Shown: positions 27,347 through 39,726 of the stretch, in pieces | Numbering within the stretch: position 1 is the stretch's first letter | Layout: the number at the start of each line of letters is the position of its first letter | DNA from: Bigelowiella natans CCMP2755 | Lineage: Eukaryota > Protista > Cercozoa | DNA: 54,111 nucleotides | Reading direction: 5' to 3' | Assembly (NCBI GenBank): GCA_000320545.1 | Contig: ADNK01003062.1 | Coordinates: 1 to 54,111, forward strand | The notes under the pieces: generated by a model | What the model was told of the DNA's origin: nothing | Databases searched by the model: none | The model's input: only the letters and a program-made list of their open reading frames with translations | Position numbers and translations under genes: made by a program

Positions 27347-28578
27347 CCCCAACAGGCATGGCCGCAAGGAAGATTCTTGGCTTTATTAAATTCGAAAAAC
27401 CACAACCTAATAGCATAATAGTGAAAAGAAAAACCTTTACATCCAATACTCATCGATCAATACAAAATAGAGCACAAGAGATAAGAGAACAACAAGAAGA
27501 GATAAGAAGGTGAGGGAGAGAAGAAGAAGAAGAAGAAGAAGAAGAAGAAGAAGAAGAAGAAGAAGCAGGTGGAGGAATTAATAACATATTTCTTATTAAA
27601 CGAGCATTCTCTCTGTTTATTTGTTTATTGTTTCTGCACAGGATAGATTGATCCACCAACCTAACAGAAGAATAATGTCTAACATTCCTCCAATAAACAT
27701 TTGCCCTCCTGCAAGCGTCATTGGCTTTGGTGATCGTTTAATAAACCGCTGAATGAAATAAGGGAGTGGGGGGGGAAGGTGCATGCAAGTCGTTTACAAA
27801 ATTGGGATGTTAGCAGAGCTACTGTCGTGGTATAAAGGTACTTATCCTATTTTAGTTTGTACGTAATCACTGACAATGACGCATTATTCGCTCTCTCAAT
27901 GCCTTTGATTTGATCAATCACACATTATTTTATGCAGTGTTGGCTTCTTGTGTGATTCTTGGATTCTTCAACTAGTATTTTATACATCATTGTGTGATTC
28001 TTGGATTCTTTAACTAGTATTTTATGCATTCACTTGTGCGTTTTTATCAGTACCAGACAACATTTATTTACTTATGCTATATCATCATTGTGTTCTCTTT
28101 CAACTGCCTCCTCCTCCTCTTCCTCTTCCTTTATTTCTTCACCTTAGAAGCTATGGTTCCAACTATAGCGAACAAGTACCAGATTACTATCAGCGCCCCT
28201 GTCTATAGGAGTGAGATATCGGGGAATTCAACAAGGGGCAGGTGGGATATCATGTGAGTGAGGTAAACAACGCATCAAGACCAAGAAGTAAGAAGTAGTA
28301 ATGAGAGCGGAGCTATTATTTCTTAACTATTATGATACCCATGAGGCATGCAGCTTAGGTGGAAGCTTGTCTTTGTGGCCCTGCATCATCTTCAGCGCAC
28401 GCTTGAAAGTAAATATATTAACATTAACAGCAGTCGCTCGCTTTTCTGTTCCCTGTGCCTTGTTTCCACCGCCACCATTATTTGTCTTCATCATACTATC
28501 TATCTTCTTGGGAAAACCCGATCTACACTTGAATCAACCAGAAGTTACTGACACTCGCCGTTGAAAGTAGGATCCCAT
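23069..28578 (-). CDS. SLC35E/triose-phosphate-translocator family (EamA/DMT) transporter, multi-exon
   Basis: Exons: GALIVIWYLFAIVGTIASK, LTLGRFLTYFSYQSVAASLTHTVK|ASSPFFTVILLFIFYGK..LLSLFPIILGVVLSAVTE, VANVSRRFVLIICTM, IYFGSSITVTKMVGILLALSGFFW. The 5' end is uncertain. Confidence 0.8.
25196..25309 (+). repeat. About 56-bp tandem duplication (intronic)
   Basis: TAAACAAGACTGAAGGCTCTCCCTAGTCATAAACAATAA(A)GAACAAGGAAGAAGATC occurs twice. Confidence 0.9.
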
Positions 28579-28984
28579 CCCCCCAGAATGATGCTTGTGC
28601 TTTTCGTCATCGTCATCAGAGGCGTAGACGGGGGGAACGGGGTCAGATGGGTTTTTGGTTAGCCTTGTCTTCAAGTGTTTATATCATGCTATTTTATGTC
28701 TACGACATCAAGAATGTCCAGTTTTCATCTAAAATAATAAGAGTCTTCTTGTCTTAGCACTGATCAATGTTTTCGGTTTGCAATTTGAAGTAAAAAAGGA
28801 TGGACATTCACTTCTGCGACATGAAATATTTATTGTCGTAACTATGAGACCACAAAGCAGGAAATGCTGCAACATAAGAATAAGACAACGCAATCCATTG
28901 TGTCATTGACGTAATTGATTTTGAAGTCGCATCTTGAAAAACGGCAACATGCATGTGCACTATCAAAGTGCTGACTACCTCCTC

Positions 28985-30130
28985 CATCATTGTGCTCACT
29001 TGAATGCTGTCAATTGAATGCTGTGAGAAACCCTCATGCTCGGGCTAGCGGGGCCCTGCATCTCCTGCCTACTCTTCATTTTTTGATGCCCCTGACTCTG
29101 TCAAGACCAAATTTTTGCTTGGTGCCCTCTCGGTTGTCTCCAACGTTGATCTCCGTGTGGACACAGCTGTCAGGAATCGAAGTTCCTGCTCAGGGTGGAT
29201 GCCTTGCGTCGTCGCCATTTTTGTTGCCAGTGCAGTTGTGTTGCTTCTCAATGTTCAGATCGTGTGCCAACTTGCATGATCCCTGCTAGTTTGCCAGTCA
29301 GTCCTCACTAAAGCCAGTTCGTGCACTGCAAGTCTTGCCACACTTTGGAAGTGTGGTTTTTCATCGTTGTTCGTTGTTCATTGTTCATTGTGCCCGTTTC
29401 ACCCAAACCTCCTCGGCTGTGCATGAGTGTGTGTGTGTGTGTGTGTGTTCTCTTCACATTCACTTCCTCAACTAGTGAACCAGGGCGTGGGCCCAGCTAG
29501 CCAGACTAGCAGAGTCGTTCTGGCACGTGGCGCGCTGGCGCGCAAGGTGATTGCATGCGCCCAAGTCCAAGCACGCTGCGCGCAACAGGCAGGCCATCAT
29601 CAAGGTTCTTTGAGTGCCACCTGGATCTAGGGATGAATGATGGCACGACGAACAGTTCTGAGGTTGCATCATCGCGTGTGCATCATTGTGTGCACAAAGT
29701 AGGATTCGATCAAGCAAGCTAGCAACTCTGGAAGTGCACAGCGAACAAAAAAAGACGTGTCGCGCTGGCATGCACGCATTGACGATGCAGGTGCAGCGCG
29801 ATCGCAGCAGCACACACAGCATGCAGCCTGGACCCTGCAGCGTCTCACGTCTAGCTAGATGTTCCTGTCTAGCTGTGCATGGACTTGTGAGTCCCTGCAC
29901 GTGTAGCTAGGTAGACACACACGTCACAGACAATGCACGTGTGTGGACTTGCAAGTCCCTGCACCTGCACAATCGCAGCTGCACTTCGATCCAGGTTCAC
30001 TCCTGTCACATCTGCCAGTCTCGCGCGCGCATGTGGCGTTGTTGACAATTGCATCTCATCATTGCACACGTGGCTGCACACTGTGCTACACCGCAGTCAT
30101 GCATGCTAGCCTAGTAGCATTCACATGAGC
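28985..30130. other. TpA-depleted intergenic tract
   Basis: Hand count of about 20 TA in 1.15 kb: about 13 CTAG, the rest all CTA or TAG. Confidence 0.85.
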
Positions 30131-30470
30131 ATTTTGTAATTGCTCAAGAATGTGCATGCAGAGCATCTAGATGCATATACATCAGGGACTCATCGCCTTC
30201 TCATCACACCTGCTAGCATGGCTACGCTAGATGGCCATGCTGCATGCCTGGTGCTTTGAGATGCTCATGCGTCATTCCCATGATTGTTACTGCCACTTTT
30301 CATTTACTACTATGGACTGTAAGTCGTTGTTCATTCAGCAGTTGCTTTATTGTTATTACTGTTATTATCATATTTTTTCCGACACTTGTGCCCCTTTGTG
30401 TGCGTACGTACGTACACACGTACGTACGTGTGTGTATGTATGTTTCACTGCTGCGTGCATCTACTACCGT

Positions 30471-30828
30471 CTAATTAAACCATTGACTTAGCTTGGCGAG
30501 TGATGATGGAGCACTTCTTCGCATCTTCTTCTTCCCAGTACTACTAATACTACTCTTGGTGCTGCTATCATCGTCATTTCCTCCACTGCTGCTCCTGTCT
30601 TTATTAGAGCATTCTTCCTCTTTTATCATCCTCCTTCCTAAAGATGACGACGACTCACCCTCCACCACATTCTCATTACCATGACTATTGTAGTTGTCGT
30701 AATCATGAACATCGTATTCTTGGTGTCCTTCAGTAGTAGCAGCAGCACTCTGATTCCTCGCCTGGAACTCCTCCTCCTGCTGCTCTTTCCTATCATCATA
30801 TTCAATACTACAACCATAATCACTATTG

Positions 30829-30870
<42 letters not shown>

Positions 30871-31945
30871 TTCTGTTTTTGTGATACTATTTTGATGCTT
30901 TTTTTGAGGTCCTGGGTGGCAACCCATAGAATCATTGAGTTATTCTTATCAACATCACATTTTACTCCAAACTGTAAGATGCCGTCTTTATACTTCTTTC
31001 TCTTAAAAGTACCTGGGTACCATTTCTGTCTATACCTGAGAAGAAAAGAGATAAGTAAGGTACATCATAATAATGAGAATAAGAATGAGATGATGATGAT
31101 GATGATGATGATAATTGGTCTACTACACTCACACCTTGCTACGACACGATCTTCAGGTGAAAGTGTGTGCCGTACTTGATGCTGGTCCTCCTGCTGCTGC
31201 TGCAGTGTCGGTGATGACAGCGAGGACAACGACGATGACGATGATGATGATGATGATGATGATGCCGTCCGACGTGATGGAGGAGGGGGAGGAGGAGGAG
31301 GGGGTCTATTTTTCTGCTGTTTGTGATGATATCGTCGGTGGGAGGCTGCTTCTCCTCTTCCTTCATCTTCGCTGTCATCATTATCTTCTTGTTCTTCTTC
31401 ATCGGGATGATGATAGTGATGATGATGATGATTATGATGATGATTATGATGAAAATCATTGGTGGTATCCTTGTTGTGACAGTGCTGCTCCTCCATCTCT
31501 TTCTTTTCCTTTTCCTCTTCTTCTTGTTCTTCTTCTTGTTCAAGGGAGGGTTGGACGAGCATGGATGTCCACACTCTGATTCCTCCTCCTCCTCCTCCTC
31601 CTGCTGCTGCTGCTCCTGCAGCATTTTTCTTCTCCTTCTTCATCTTCTTCTTTGGGTGTACACAGTATCGAATCTTTGATCCAAACTCTTTTTGACTTCC
31701 GTGTTTACGGCAATATAACCAGCTTTCTCCCTCCTCGCCAAGCAAGAACCGCACTTTATCGAGATAACACGAAGATCTATACGCGCATACCAAATGGTAC
31801 TTTTTACCACAATTAGAAACCTGAGTTTTGATAATTACATCATAACGTTATTATTACTTAGCAGCACGATCGTAAGTCTATTGCTTATCATTATTTTTAT
31901 TTTTGGTTTATTAATTATTACTAGTAAAAAAAAAGAGCATACATC

Positions 31946-32001
<56 letters not shown>

Positions 32002-32312
32002 ATTGTGTATATATATATACATTAATATATATTACACAGCACTCCATTGTTGCTCCAGGTGAGTCGCACAAGCAACAGACTTGATGTCGCCCTGCCTTAA
32101 TCGCCTTTACAGCACTGGATTTGCGTATACTTCCCGTCTTTTCTGCAACACAAGGACTGAACTTTAGGCAGAACTTATGAGCATAAATTCCTTTTCCTGC
32201 ACGAACCTGTTAAAATAGGATAGTAGTAGTAGTAGTAGTATTAGTAGTGGTCAGTTTGTAGTCAATCAACGCTAATAATATATTTGTACTCCAATTTTGG
32301 CCATGGCATATC

Positions 32313-32366
<54 letters not shown>

Positions 32367-32403
32367 CGTTTGTGTGCGTGCCATTGTCTTGGCTATTTAT
32401 TCG

Positions 32404-32434
<31 letters not shown>

Positions 32435-32841
32435 GTCATCATCACTATATAATATATCACCAATTTTCCTTCTCCAAGTTTCCCATGACCGCTTTTGTGG
32501 CATAAAGAACACCGTAATTGAGGAGTAGTTGTTGTTGTGTATGAACGAAGAGACGATATCATACGGCTTGAAGAGGAGGCGGCTAAGGAGGAGGAAGAAG
32601 AAGAAAAAGAAGATGATGATGATGATAATGATGCGGGATGATGTCCTGTAGCAGCACAACTACCACCACCACCACCACCACCACGACCACGACTATTGCT
32701 GCTGCCACTTCTGATAGAGGTGGTTTTGATAGCGGGTCTGGTACTAGTACACTGCTGGGTGATATTATTTTTGTTATTATCATTAATAAGAATAATGTTG
32801 CGCTTGTTGTTCCAATGGGGCTGCATCATGAAATCTCGTTT

Positions 32842-32878
<37 letters not shown>

Positions 32879-33136
32879 GACGGACGATTGTCATCATCAA
32901 CACCATCATAATCGTAACTAATCGAAGCTGCACTAGGGTTGTTCTGCTGCATTTTTAATGCATCATATTTTAATGCCTCCTTACTTGTTCCTCTTCTTCT
33001 CCTCCCTGATCTTTCTTCTTGTTCTTTTCCCCCGTCATTCTTGTAGTAATCTTCTCCCTCCTTTCCTTCCTCTATCATCACCATCTTCTTCCTCTTTTTC
33101 TTAGCTATTATCATCCTTTTGTTCCTACCCTCTTCC

Positions 33137-33168
<32 letters not shown>

Positions 33169-33364
33169 CTCCTCCTCCTCCTCCTTTCCTTTGATTATCA
33201 TCATCTTCTTCCCTGCTGCTGCCTCCTCCTCCTCCTCCTCCTCCTCCTCCTCCTCCTCCTTCATATTCTTTGCCTTGTCACACAGAGCACAAACTCGCTG
33301 CTCAAAAGGCGTATCCCACCGATATTCCGGATGCCTAGTTGCAATACCATCAATTATAAACAAG

Positions 33365-33395
<31 letters not shown>

Positions 33396-34931
33396 AATGA
33401 GATTGTACCTTTCTGGGTCTTTCCTCCGTCTGCATATGTGGCAAATGCGGAGATTCCATTGCTGGCGTGTGGTAGACCGGGTACTACGTGAACTTCTCAT
33501 TACAACAGCCGCCTATATTATATCAATCAATGTAAACTTCTCATTACAGCAGCAGCCGCCTATATTATGTCAATGTCAATGTCAATGTCAATGTCAATGT
33601 CAATGCATGCACTTTTTATTAGGGTTTACTGCACGAATATTGTAATCACTATTCTATTCTAAAAACGACAAATATAGTCTTTGTGCAAGTAGTAGTAATA
33701 GTAGTAATAGTAGCGAAAGCATCATCACTACCATCCTTCTCACTAATTATTGAGCATTATTATCACGGGTTATTCCACCACCACCACCAATACTATCTTC
33801 CCCTCCTCCTCCTCCTCCTCTGTAAGTTTATAGCTGTATTCTCTCTTTCTGCTACTAGCTAGACTCACTAAATAACCTACCCCGCTGCTCGACGATTCTT
33901 GTTCTTTCTTCCTTTGTGTAGCTGTGCAAATAGGACAGTGCCAAGGGAACTCCGACGGAGGGAATTTGTTTAGAGGGTTGAGTGGTTTCCCAATACAACG
34001 TAAATGCCATGCTCTTACGCATGTGTCGCAGCAAAGAAGACGATTATACCAATCTGAACCTCCTCCACATTTGTGACATGTATCCAGGTGTGGGGCTATG
34101 ATGTAAAAGAGGAGGAGGAGGAGGAGGAGGAGGAAGAACGATGGGTAGGGAAGTAGCAAAACAAAAATATAAAAACCACATAGAAATGAATAAGAGGAAG
34201 GTGAAGATAGACATAATGATGATGATGATGACGATGATAATGATGATCACGACGTATGATCATTATCATCATCATTGCAATCATCATCTAACGATACTAC
34301 TAGCACCACCTGTTTCTGAATCCTTTGGGGTAGAGTACCCCATGAATTTATGAGGCAATATAAAAACCCTTAGTACTTGTGATGATCTCTCTCTTTTTAC
34401 GCATCTTAGTCGTAGATTCTTGAGGTTGATATATTCCTTCCTATTTCGCAGCTTTGCTTCCAATCTCGCCGCTTCCTCAAACTCTCCTCTTCCTGTGGAA
34501 CTTGATTCATCATCACCAGATGATGATGCTGTTCCAGCTACTACCCTCCTCCTCCTTCTCCTCCTCCCTATTATTTTGGATGATGATGCTGCCTCTTTAT
34601 GCTGCTGATTCTTCTTCTTAAACACCATTTCTCTGCTGCTGTTTCGATTTTCCGTCTTCTTCTGTTATTTAGTTAGTTAATTAGTACGTAAGTAGCAGCA
34701 GCAAGTGGATGATGATTGATCATGGACAATCGATCAGATTGATCGAAGACAAATCTGAACAAGCAACATGAGAGAGAGAGAGAAGAAAGGAAAAGAAATA
34801 AAAAACTGCTTCTCCGTCTTCTTTTTCTGCTTGTTCTTTGTTGTTTATTGATAATGTTTGATTCTTGTCTGATAAAGAAAAGGTCCATCTAAACCGCACA
34901 CAAGATTTCCGACACGTACTACGCAATGGCA

Positions 34932-34965
<34 letters not shown>

Positions 34966-35039
34966 GTGGGTGTTATGACTCATTGACATTCATACATATC
35001 ATCTACCTCAACTATTCTTTCATCATCTATACAAATTGC

Positions 35040-35070
<31 letters not shown>

Positions 35071-35762
35071 ACTTGATATCATTACTACAACTACTAGTTG
35101 CTACTATTCAAACCATTCACACTTATTACTACTACTACTTCCGACTATACACACCTGCGATGCAGCAGTAGCAGCAGAACTGCTAATCATACGTCTTCTT
35201 CTTCCTCCTCCCTTCCTTGCACCTACCTGCTTACTACTGGTGGTGGAAAGATTATGGTGGTACCCATTACTACTCCTCTTTTTCTTCTTTATCATCATCA
35301 TCATCATCTTGCGCTGCTGCTGCTGCTGTCGTTGTTGTTCCTTTTGCTGCTGTTTCTTCTTCAACATCTTCTGTGTTTGTAATTCTTCCTCCTCCTCCAT
35401 CTTTTTCCTCCTCCTTTGCTCTATCTCTTGTTCCTTCTTTGCCTCATTTAACCACTTTCTTATATTAGGTAAAGCTTCTCTGTGATGGTGCTTCCTTAGT
35501 GTTGTTGTTGATGGTGACGATGATGATGCAATATCGTTCTTGAGCTGTGTGAGAGATGGTAATCTTAGCAGCGCTGTAGCGATGTTTATTCTGTGAGTAC
35601 GTTCTGTTTCCTCTATCTCTTGACTCATCACCTTGGTAGCTGCATCATCATCGATTAATGCATCATAGTTAAACGAATGAAGAATAATTGACATCTCAAG
35701 AAACAGCACATACTAATAGCTTCAGAAATGGCTAACGTGTGATTGTACCCACTAAAAATGAT

Positions 35763-35815
<53 letters not shown>

Positions 35816-36632
35816 TATATTTTATTATATATTATATATTATATTGAATTGATACCTCCAAGTTGAACCAAACGCCATCCATGCACACGAGAAGAGGCAT
35901 TAGCTGCAAAACCCATTTTTCTCCAAAATGGTACTGCATCAGAACTAGCACACGCTATACTCAAGGTAACACCGTTCTTTCTCACAAGATCTTGCATTAG
36001 ATGCAATAGCAATCTTCCATAGCCTCTTCTTTGAAGAGTTGGATTGGTTGCAATGAATAAGACTTCCAGTAGTCCCTGAGCAGCATGGACTTTCACGGTT
36101 GCACAGCTTACTACTTGCTGTGCACCGTCTTCATTCTAACGAGGAGGAGGAGGAGGATGCAGGGAAGGGGGAAGGAGAGAAAGGGGGAGAGAGAGGGAGA
36201 TTGACCCAATCGATTATTTTTGAAAAACAATCTTGAATTATGAAGGAGGTGATGGTGGTTGTGTTGTTTTTATTGTTGTTGATGATGGTGGTGGCTTCAT
36301 CAACCCTTTTATGTAGTGTATTATTAGATGGTGAAGGAGGAGGAACTTTCATACATTCATTGATGCTTACTCATAACGTCGCTCCTTAATGTACTTCAAC
36401 TCATCGCTATCATCATCACTTTACATATCCATCAACCCCTCCCAACTTGATGATGCCATCTCACCTTGATAGACAAAATTACAGTTCTGAAGCTGCGGAA
36501 ATCTTGCTTACTATTGCAATGTGCTCTAACAGCCGCCTGTAGGTGAAAATGGCAATAATAATATTTAAGGGGTGATAATTAGTAGTAGACAAGCAGTAGT
36601 AGCAGTAGCAAACCCACCTAGCACGTATCCAA

Positions 36633-36663
<31 letters not shown>

Positions 36664-37764
36664 GCTGGTGGTGGTGGTATAGTCGTACAATAACGTGGCC
36701 AGTAATAGAAGAAGTAGTAGTAGTAATAATAGTAGTAGTAGTAATTGTGTAGTCCTCGTACACCACTAAGTTGATTACTACCAGCTGAAAATCCTTTGGG
36801 ATGGTAGGATATACGAGGGCGAATAATTTGCGAGCTTCTTCAAGCAGCGGATCATTTCTATGTTCCATTCCATGAAGAATGACGTAGCTTAAAGGGTAGT
36901 ACGGATGAAGCGTATGAATCTGGGGGTACTTATGTTCGTCCAGTACCGACGGTACAGCAATGGGCTAAATAAAAAAGAGAGGACAAAATATACGCATTAC
37001 TGTGTTGAAATATATTTCTGGTTATAACGATACGTGTGAGTATTATACCCATCAAAGATGTGAACAACCCCACCCCAGATGAAACAGATGATGAAAATAT
37101 ATATTTATAGTGTGTGTGTGTGTGTGTGTGTGTGCAAAAATGATAATATTCAGTTGGTCCTGCTCTTTACACCACCACGTGTTTATTATATACTGATATA
37201 CACACATAAATGTGTCAAAAAGTAGTATATATGAAGGGTGTGGAAGGTAGGAAACAGGAGAAAGGCCTACTTTAATTTATACCTTCCGCCGTTTTCGTGT
37301 GCTGCTGGTGCTGTCATCCTCGTTCGAGGATGGTGGCCTCCTCGAAGTCTTAGTTATCATGAATTTGAGTAATTATGAATTTGAATTATCATCTTGAAAT
37401 AGATTGTATTACTAATCCAAAGGGGGGGGTACGCACGTACCTCTTTAGTTAATGCTTCTCTCTTCCTTTTATTCTGTCCTTTAAGGATGGTGGGACAATG
37501 GAGTTGGTGTCCCTTGAGCGCCTGTGTGATTGATTGATGATGGCGACGATGAAAACGATGACGAAGATAATGACGATGACTATGATGACGATGATGACAT
37601 TGACGATAATGATGTGTCAAGCACATCGAATCCAAAATTAATTCTTACTCATTCTAGTCAACGTGTAAAATGTCCCATGAAATGCTGTAGTTCTCTACTA
37701 CTACCCGGTTAGATTTGAATTTCTGCCCGCATTCTTCACAAACTGTGCCCCACTTTCCAGGCAT
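30471..37764 (-). CDS. Chromatin protein: N-terminal zinc finger, GNAT acetyltransferase, PHD finger, extended PHD (HC5HC2H-like)
   Basis: ZnF: MPGKWGTVCEECGQKFKSNR|ALKGHQLHC. GNAT motif A: LEVLFIATNPTLQRRGYGRLLL..AVPFWRKMGF. PHD: CHKCGGG..LLCCDTCVRAWHLRC..WHCPIC. ePHD: CSLC..YAHKFCLKFSP..CCLCDSPGATMEC..LYCRKH. Long low-complexity linkers; exon limits approximate. Confidence 0.75.
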
Positions 37765-38956
37765 ACCACCCAGCGCCAGCAGCTGGGTACATACACAATG
37801 AAGTTCGTTGAGAGAAAGTCTAGAGCTCGGTTGCGTGACAATAAAAATAGCAAAATTGATGAATCTTTCCAAGCTTTCTCTTCCATTCAATATACATCAA
37901 CAAACATGACTTCTGCATCTGTTCAAAACGGGCCTACATTGTTTAAAACAATGGTTAGCTGGCCAAAACACAGCAACAGAGTTAAACGACGAAAGTGCAG
38001 GAGATTATTTGTCCTTGTGCTGCATGTATGTAGAGAACTCCGAGGCACCGCAACAAGAAAGAATATTTGGCTAGAGAGAATTACATTAGTTTCTGCTTCC
38101 AAAACGAAAGCAGTCGTCTGGTTTTATCGAAGTGTTATTACCAGTGAGGTGCGGGGCGATGGCGCTTAGGCACCAAAGCAGTCTGCTCAGATAATATGCC
38201 GAAAACTTCTCAAAATCTTGAATCCAGCAACACTCTCAGTTTTACCTACGACATGGAATCTTGTGTCTTTAAAGATCAATAGATACCGTTTTTGGATGTC
38301 GTTAAAAATATTTTCCTCTGTCAATCGCCTGAAGAAATTCCGCCAAAATTCATCATCATCGTGTAGTCCTGGACCTAGTTGTACAGAATATTTCGGTAAG
38401 AAATAATAAAGAAATCCATTGGAAATTATAAAGATCAAGAAGTACAGAATATATCATAAAGATATTGTAAATATTGAGTAAGTAAGTAAGTCTTCCAACA
38501 AAAATGATATTTGTGTTCATATTTATGTGTATGTACTTCATCGAGATACTATCCTAAAATTTTGATCTAAAATTCATTCAAGCTTCAAGCAGTCCTCCGT
38601 TAGTAGTAAGAGCAACACCAATTAAGATCAACTTGTCGAAGATGTCGAATTGGATCCCTTTTACAAGTTTAAACCCAAAAGAACAGATAAGACATAGTCG
38701 TAGTATATTTTTCTCCATATCATACTTACTACATCGATCAGTTTTATCTCTTAAAAGGATCCGTCTCGCTTGTATTCGTGCCTCCCTCTCCCTGAAGACA
38801 GATATTTACTTAGGACAGGTTCTGCCATCAACATAGCATCGAAATGGACCAAATAAATTTGCCTGATGTGGATCTCGATTAAAAAACATTGGTTGAGAAT
38901 TCTGTTTCACTACCCTTTATCCTATGACTCCTTGCTTAGACGCAGAATCAGGAAGG

Positions 38957-39683
38957 ATGCCATTCTGTACTGAATGTGGTAATTTAAATTACGAAGTAGG
39001 ATAGACTCCCACTACCATATGAATACTTGTATCTTGGTCGTTCTTACTGTGTGATACGAATTTAAGGAACGAAGCTGAATGACGGTGCTAAGTTCTGCCA
39101 TGAATGCGGAGCAAAGGTTGCATGCTTGATACACCATATTCCTTAAACACTCCAATAATTGTTGGATGGAAACCACACTATCATTCATGACAACATGAGC
39201 ACCCCCCTTTGTTTCTTTTGCTTCTGGTGACAACTAAGGTTCCTGTTCGGGGTCCCCCGACTCCTGCTCCAAAGAAAGCTTCTCCTGCCCCCATAGTAAA
39301 GAAGAAATTTTCTCCAAAACCACCTTCAACTGCCCATCCCAAAAAGGGGGGAGTCTTCTCAAAATATGGAGGAGGCATCCAAAAAAAATTCGCAGGCAAC
39401 ACAACAGGAGACGGTGCGTGATCTATAAGTGGATCATCCATATCGACATCCTAACTATTAACTAGAAATATTTTGCATGATAATGGTCTTGTTAGCTACA
39501 ATGTTGTAGACTAGTATTGATGATGAAAATGATCTTTTTTACCATCAAAATTATGAGTAGCTATGGAAACCTAAATATATAAAAATTCAGTTGTATGAAT
39601 ATCACGAATGAGAGAGATAAGAGAAGGGGGGGGGGGGGGGGAAGTCTAAACGCGAAAATTCAAGTATGGCATCTGACACACGC

Positions 39684-39726
<43 letters not shown>

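Noticed and set aside
38187-38870. Possible small minus-strand spliced gene (EREARIQARRILLRDK.., DDDEFWRNFFRRL..)
   Set aside because: Could not build a consistent exon chain with a start codon; no recognisable family.
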